Assembly (NCBI GenBank): GCA_964407825.1
Contig: CAYOXD010000003.1
Coordinates: 8,308-70,264, forward strand
Origin: an uncultured Desulfobacterales bacterium
Lineage (GTDB): Bacteria > Desulfobacterota > Desulfobacteria > Desulfobacterales > JAFDDL01
Direction of reading: 5' to 3'
Length of the DNA stretch: 61,957 bases
Position 1 is the stretch's first letter. Each line of letters begins with the position of its first letter. The notes under the pieces were generated by a model. It saw nothing but the letters and a program-made list of their open reading frames with translations, was not told the DNA's origin and made no database searches. Shown piece by piece: positions 58,104 through 61,957 of the stretch. The translations under genes and the position numbers were made by a program.

Positions 58104-59144
58104 GTGGCAGGTTCGGCATCCGAAGCATCTGCCGGTGGTGATAGCGCCTGGCTGCCTCTTCATTTTCGCAGGGAGCATGCCACCGCCGGCGCCGCCCTGC
58201 TGGCCGCGCAACGGGCACGAAGGCTGGGAATAAGCCATGTCCTGGTGATGGAGCGGGATATCGCCTATGATCCCTCGGACCTGGAGAGGATTGTCTCCAT
58301 GGCAGCCCGTTTCCCCGAGGCCGTTATTGTCGGCAAGCGGTGTCTTAGAGGGGCGCCCGAGTCTCGTTCCAGTAAGTTCCGGCGGCATCTGTCGAATTTC
58401 TGGCTGGGGCTTCAAACCCATCAGCTATTGAGCGATTCGACCTGTAGCCTCAGGGTTTATCCGGTCCATGTGCTGGAGAACCTGAAGTTTCTCCGGTTTG
58501 GTGCCTTTTTCGACACGGAGGTGCTGGTCAAGGCCGCCTGGGGGGATGTCCCCCTCAAGGAGGTAGCTTTGATGGGCTATTATCCCCCGGCCCGACACCG
58601 GGCCGGGGTTCTGACAGGTCTGCTCGCCTTTTTCTCCCTCATTTTATTAAACATTCACTATAGCTTTCGTGCCATAACCCCCATTCCTCACAAGAAAATT
58701 GTTACCATTCCCGATACCGGAGAACGGGTCAGCATGCTTCATCCGCTGCGGTCAATGAAGACCCTGCTCAGCGAAAACAGCTCTCCTGCAAGGCTGGCTC
58801 TTGCCGGAGGTCTGGGGGTTTTCCTGGGGGCCCTTCCCACCATCGGCTTCCACACCCTTTCCATTCTCTTTTCGGCGCAGCTCTTTCGGCTGAACAAGGT
58901 GGCGGCGATCGGCGCCAGCCAGCTCTGCATGCCCCCTCTGGTGCCCGCCCTGTGTATCGAGGCGGGATACTATATGCGCCATGGAGAATTTCTGACCCGG
59001 ATCTCCCTTGAAACCCTCGGGTACCAGGCCGTGCAGCGTCTCTGGGAGTGGGGCATCGGCGCCATTGCCCTGGCACCCCTTCTGTCCGCTCTGGTGGGGG
59101 GATTCATCTATGTCCTTGCCGTTTGCGTACGGAGGCGCATCTGA
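58104..59144 (+). CDS. Degenerate GT2-like domain + DUF2062 membrane protein
   Basis: DSTCSLRVYP and FDTEVLVKAAW (GT2 C-terminal half), then SP..LALA..LG.FLG.LP..G...RLNKVAA (DUF2062). Confidence 0.75.
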   Translation: MAGSASEASAGGDSAWLPLHFRREHATAGAALLAAQRARRLGISHVLVMERDIAYDPSDLERIVSMAARFPEAVIVGKRCLRGAPESRSSKFRRHLSNFWLGLQTHQLLSDSTCSLRVYPVHVLENLKFLRFGAFFDTEVLVKAAWGDVPLKEVALMGYYPPARHRAGVLTGLLAFFSLILLNIHYSFRAITPIPHKKIVTIPDTGERVSMLHPLRSMKTLLSENSSPARLALAGGLGVFLGALPTIGFHTLSILFSAQLFRLNKVAAIGASQLCMPPLVPALCIEAGYYMRHGEFLTRISLETLGYQAVQRLWEWGIGAIALAPLLSALVGGFIYVLAVCVRRRI

Positions 59145-59145
59145 G

Positions 59146-60612
59146 ATGATGATCGTTCTGGTGCATCCAACCGGCTCCAACTGGATTCCCGGCAAAAAGG
59201 ATATCACGGCCACGGCCAACCGCATGGCCCCTCTGGGCCTGCTGTCCATGGCCGCCTACCTGGAGCAGCGCGGCCACAGGGTCGTGGTCCACGACTGCCT
59301 CGGCCCCGGCGCGGCCGTTGGAAACGATGTCACCGTTGCCCGGATCCTCAGCCATCGCCCTGAAATGGTGGGCATTTCGGCCACCACCTCCGGTTTTCTC
59401 GATGGCTGCGATCTGGCCCGGCGAATCAAGACGGCAAGCCCTGGGACCCAAACCGTTTTCGGCGGTGTGCACATTTCCGCCCTGGGCAGCCAGCTTCTGG
59501 AGGGGTTCCCGGAAATCGACTTTCTATGCATGGGCGAAGGCGAGGAGACCCTGGCGCAGCTGGCGTCAGGAGAGCACCCGGGGAATATCCATGGACTCAT
59601 ATGGCGGGACGGCACTTTGCCTGTCACCAATCCCGACAGGCAGCCCATCACCGATCTGGACTGCCTCCCCTTCCCCGCCTACGATAAGCTAAGAGGCTTT
59701 CCAGAGGGATACAACCTGCCGCTCTTCAGTTACATTCACACCCCCGGTGCCACCATGGTCACCAGCCGCGGCTGCCCCTTCCAGTGCTCCTACTGCGACC
59801 GATCGGTTTTCAAGCGAAGCTATCGGACCCATTCCGCTGAATATGTCCATGAGCACATGCGCTACCTGGCAGAGCGCTTCCATGTCCGCCATATCAACAT
59901 CTACGACGATCTTTTCACCGCCGACCGCCAACGGATCACCCGGCTGTGCGAGCTGCTGATCGCCAGACCCACCGGGGTTCAATTCAACTGCGCCGTCCGC
60001 GTGGGCCAGGTGGATGATGGCCTTCTGGAAATGCTCAAGGCGGCAGGCGCCCTCCAGCTTTCCCTGGGGATCGAATCCGGCTCCCAGGAGCTTCTCTCGG
60101 TTCACAAACCGGGGCTCTACCTGGAGGAGGTCGCCGACACGGTCCGGCGCATCCAGGCCCGGGGTCTCCGGGCCAAGGGACTCTTCATGATGGGCCTTCC
60201 GGGTGAGACCGTGGCCTCCATCGAAAAGACCACCGACTTCGCCCTGTCCCTCGACCTCGATGACATGAACATGAGCAAGTTCACGCCCTTTCCCGGAGCT
60301 CCCATCTGGCAGGGGCTCGATGAGAAGGGTACCCTCGATGCGGATTGGCGCAAGATGAACTGCCTCAACTTCGTTTTCCTGCCGAGGGGGATCGACTCCT
60401 TTGAAACCCTGGAGCAGCTGTACAACCGACATGTGAAACGCTTCTATTCCGGTCGGAGCTGGCGCAACAGGTTCCGGAAACGCCTCTGGCAGCACCGGCA
60501 CAGCCTCTGGTACATGCTGAAACATCTGCCGGCCTTCATGGCTGCCAGGCGGACCTTTGAACCCAGAAAAGACCCTCATACCCAGAATGCCGATGCGCTC
60601 AAAACAACTTGA
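59146..60612 (+). CDS. Cobalamin-binding radical SAM protein
   Basis: PLGLLSMAAYL, VFGGVH, GEGE (B12 domain), TSRGCPFQCSYC, GIESG, FMMGLPGET and TPFPG. Confidence 0.9.
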   Translation: MMIVLVHPTGSNWIPGKKDITATANRMAPLGLLSMAAYLEQRGHRVVVHDCLGPGAAVGNDVTVARILSHRPEMVGISATTSGFLDGCDLARRIKTASPGTQTVFGGVHISALGSQLLEGFPEIDFLCMGEGEETLAQLASGEHPGNIHGLIWRDGTLPVTNPDRQPITDLDCLPFPAYDKLRGFPEGYNLPLFSYIHTPGATMVTSRGCPFQCSYCDRSVFKRSYRTHSAEYVHEHMRYLAERFHVRHINIYDDLFTADRQRITRLCELLIARPTGVQFNCAVRVGQVDDGLLEMLKAAGALQLSLGIESGSQELLSVHKPGLYLEEVADTVRRIQARGLRAKGLFMMGLPGETVASIEKTTDFALSLDLDDMNMSKFTPFPGAPIWQGLDEKGTLDADWRKMNCLNFVFLPRGIDSFETLEQLYNRHVKRFYSGRSWRNRFRKRLWQHRHSLWYMLKHLPAFMAARRTFEPRKDPHTQNADALKTT

Positions 60613-61930
60613 AAAGCTGCTTTCAGGCCCCGATCATCCCGATCTGGACTTCATGCCATTCACTTGCACCCATGGGGCCGTCCATGCCATGGCGGCGGAT
60701 ATCCATCGGCTTCTTGCCACGGAGCCCGGCGGCCGCTGCTGCCTCTGCACCCAGAACAGGGGTATCCTCGCCGCAGCCAGCCTGGCGGCCCTCGCCACGG
60801 ATACCGAACTGGTGCTTCCCTACAGCTTCTCGCCCCGGGCGCTGGCGGATATCCTGGCCGTGCTTCCCTTTGAAAGAGCCCTGACCGACCGGCCGGAAAC
60901 CCTCCCCCCGGGCATCCGGGCCCTGGTCCCTTCGGTCTCCCGGACCCCGCGCCACCCCCTGCCGCTGAAGCGGGCGCCAGATGCACCTTTTCTGCAAATA
61001 TTCACCGGCGGCACCACCGCCAGGCCCAAATTCTGGTCCAAAAGCGCGGCCAACCTCTTCGGGGAGGCCCTTTACCAGGCCCGGATATGGCAGGTTGCAG
61101 AAGAGGACCGTCTTCTTTCAACAGCACCGCCCCACCACATTTACGGGTTTCTTTTTTCCGTCCTTTTGCCCCTGGTGGCAGGCGCCGGCGTCGCCTTCGA
61201 AACCCCCTCCTTCCCCGAGGAAATCCGCCAGGAACTGAGCGCCTTTTCCCCCAGCATCTTGGTGGCAATTCCCATGCACTACCGGATCCTGAACGGCGGT
61301 GACATCCCAGCGACGCATCTCAGGCTCGCCCTGTCCTCCGCCGGCAGGCTTGATCCGGAAGACGGCGCCTATTTTTATGACCATACAGGCATCCCCGTAA
61401 CGGAAATCTACGGCTCAACGGAAACCGGCGGTGTTGCCGCAAGGCGCCGCACCCGGGACGCGGAGTCCCTTGTGCCCTTCGAGGTCCTCAACTGGAAAAT
61501 CCTCCAGGGCAGGCTCTCGGTTCGCTCCCCCTTCCTCTCACCGGAACTCCCCCTGGATGCCGACGGTTATTACCTGACGGCGGACCGCGTCCGGCAGGCC
61601 GAACTTGCCGGCTTTACCCTTCTGGGCCGTGCCGACGGGATCGTCAAGATCGGCGGCAAACGGGTGGACCTGGAGGAGGTCCGGGAAAAAATCCGGGCCC
61701 TGCCCCGGGTGAGCGATGCGGTCCTCATCGTGCTGGCGGACAATGGCGGCCGGGAGAGCCGTATTTGTGCCATGGTCCAAACGGGTGTGGACCGGGAGGA
61801 ACTGATGCAGATTCTGCGTGAGGTCCTGGAGCCCCATGCCACGCCACGCCAGATCGTTATCGTGGACCGGATTCCCCTCTCGCCTGCAGGCAAATACGAT
61901 CGAACGGCCATTGAACGGCGCTTCAGGTAA
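60587..61930 (+). CDS. AMP-binding (acyl-CoA synthetase-like) adenylation enzyme
   Basis: IFTGGTT.RPK, HHIYG, IYGSTETGG, TAD and GRADGIVKIGGKRVDL. Start uncertain (60557-60593). Confidence 0.85.
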   Translation: MPMRSKQLEKLLSGPDHPDLDFMPFTCTHGAVHAMAADIHRLLATEPGGRCCLCTQNRGILAAASLAALATDTELVLPYSFSPRALADILAVLPFERALTDRPETLPPGIRALVPSVSRTPRHPLPLKRAPDAPFLQIFTGGTTARPKFWSKSAANLFGEALYQARIWQVAEEDRLLSTAPPHHIYGFLFSVLLPLVAGAGVAFETPSFPEEIRQELSAFSPSILVAIPMHYRILNGGDIPATHLRLALSSAGRLDPEDGAYFYDHTGIPVTEIYGSTETGGVAARRRTRDAESLVPFEVLNWKILQGRLSVRSPFLSPELPLDADGYYLTADRVRQAELAGFTLLGRADGIVKIGGKRVDLEEVREKIRALPRVSDAVLIVLADNGGRESRICAMVQTGVDREELMQILREVLEPHATPRQIVIVDRIPLSPAGKYDRTAIERRFR

Positions 61931-61957
61931 AATGAGGATATTTCAGCTCATTCCGAC

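Noticed and set aside
1-61957. CRISPR arrays, tRNA/rRNA, IS elements, integrases, reverse transcriptases
   Set aside because: No regularly spaced repeats, cloverleaf sequences or corresponding protein motifs were seen by eye.

Overview
A GC-rich (about 60% by eye, not computed) chromosomal window with about 60 CDS, most likely from a Desulfobacterota (Desulfobacterales-like) bacterium. That assignment is inferred from gene content and protein style. I found no rRNA, tRNA, CRISPR array, integrase or transposase. Housekeeping blocks are lon-tsaB-psd-pssA, pilD, xseA-xseB-ispA-dxs-tlyA, an EF-G paralogue, purC and ispF-cysS-uvrB-uvrC. Several poorly characterised accessory modules lie between them. 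(1) A tightly spaced four-gene operon (16499->11517, minus): coiled-coil protein, a membrane protein with a cytoplasmic longin/roadblock-like domain and a periplasmic OmpA domain, a Rab/Rup-type small GTPase, and a hybrid histidine kinase. This is the best candidate for an undescribed signalling system. (2) An MglA GTPase with no adjacent MglB, in an operon with TPR, DUF4388/cNMP and PilZ proteins. (3) A second Hsp70 machine: large TPR protein, HPP-variant J-domain, atypical GrpE, Hsp70 and a Zn-ribbon/TPR protein. (4) A metallophosphatase, a Ser/Thr kinase fused to a DUF1566/Lcl-type domain, and an ADP-ribosylglycohydrolase. (5) An apparently exported NiSOD near a His-rich CDF metal exporter. 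(6) The start of an aryl-polyene/fatty-acid-like lipid cluster at the right edge. All product calls come from motif recognition by eye; no database search was run.
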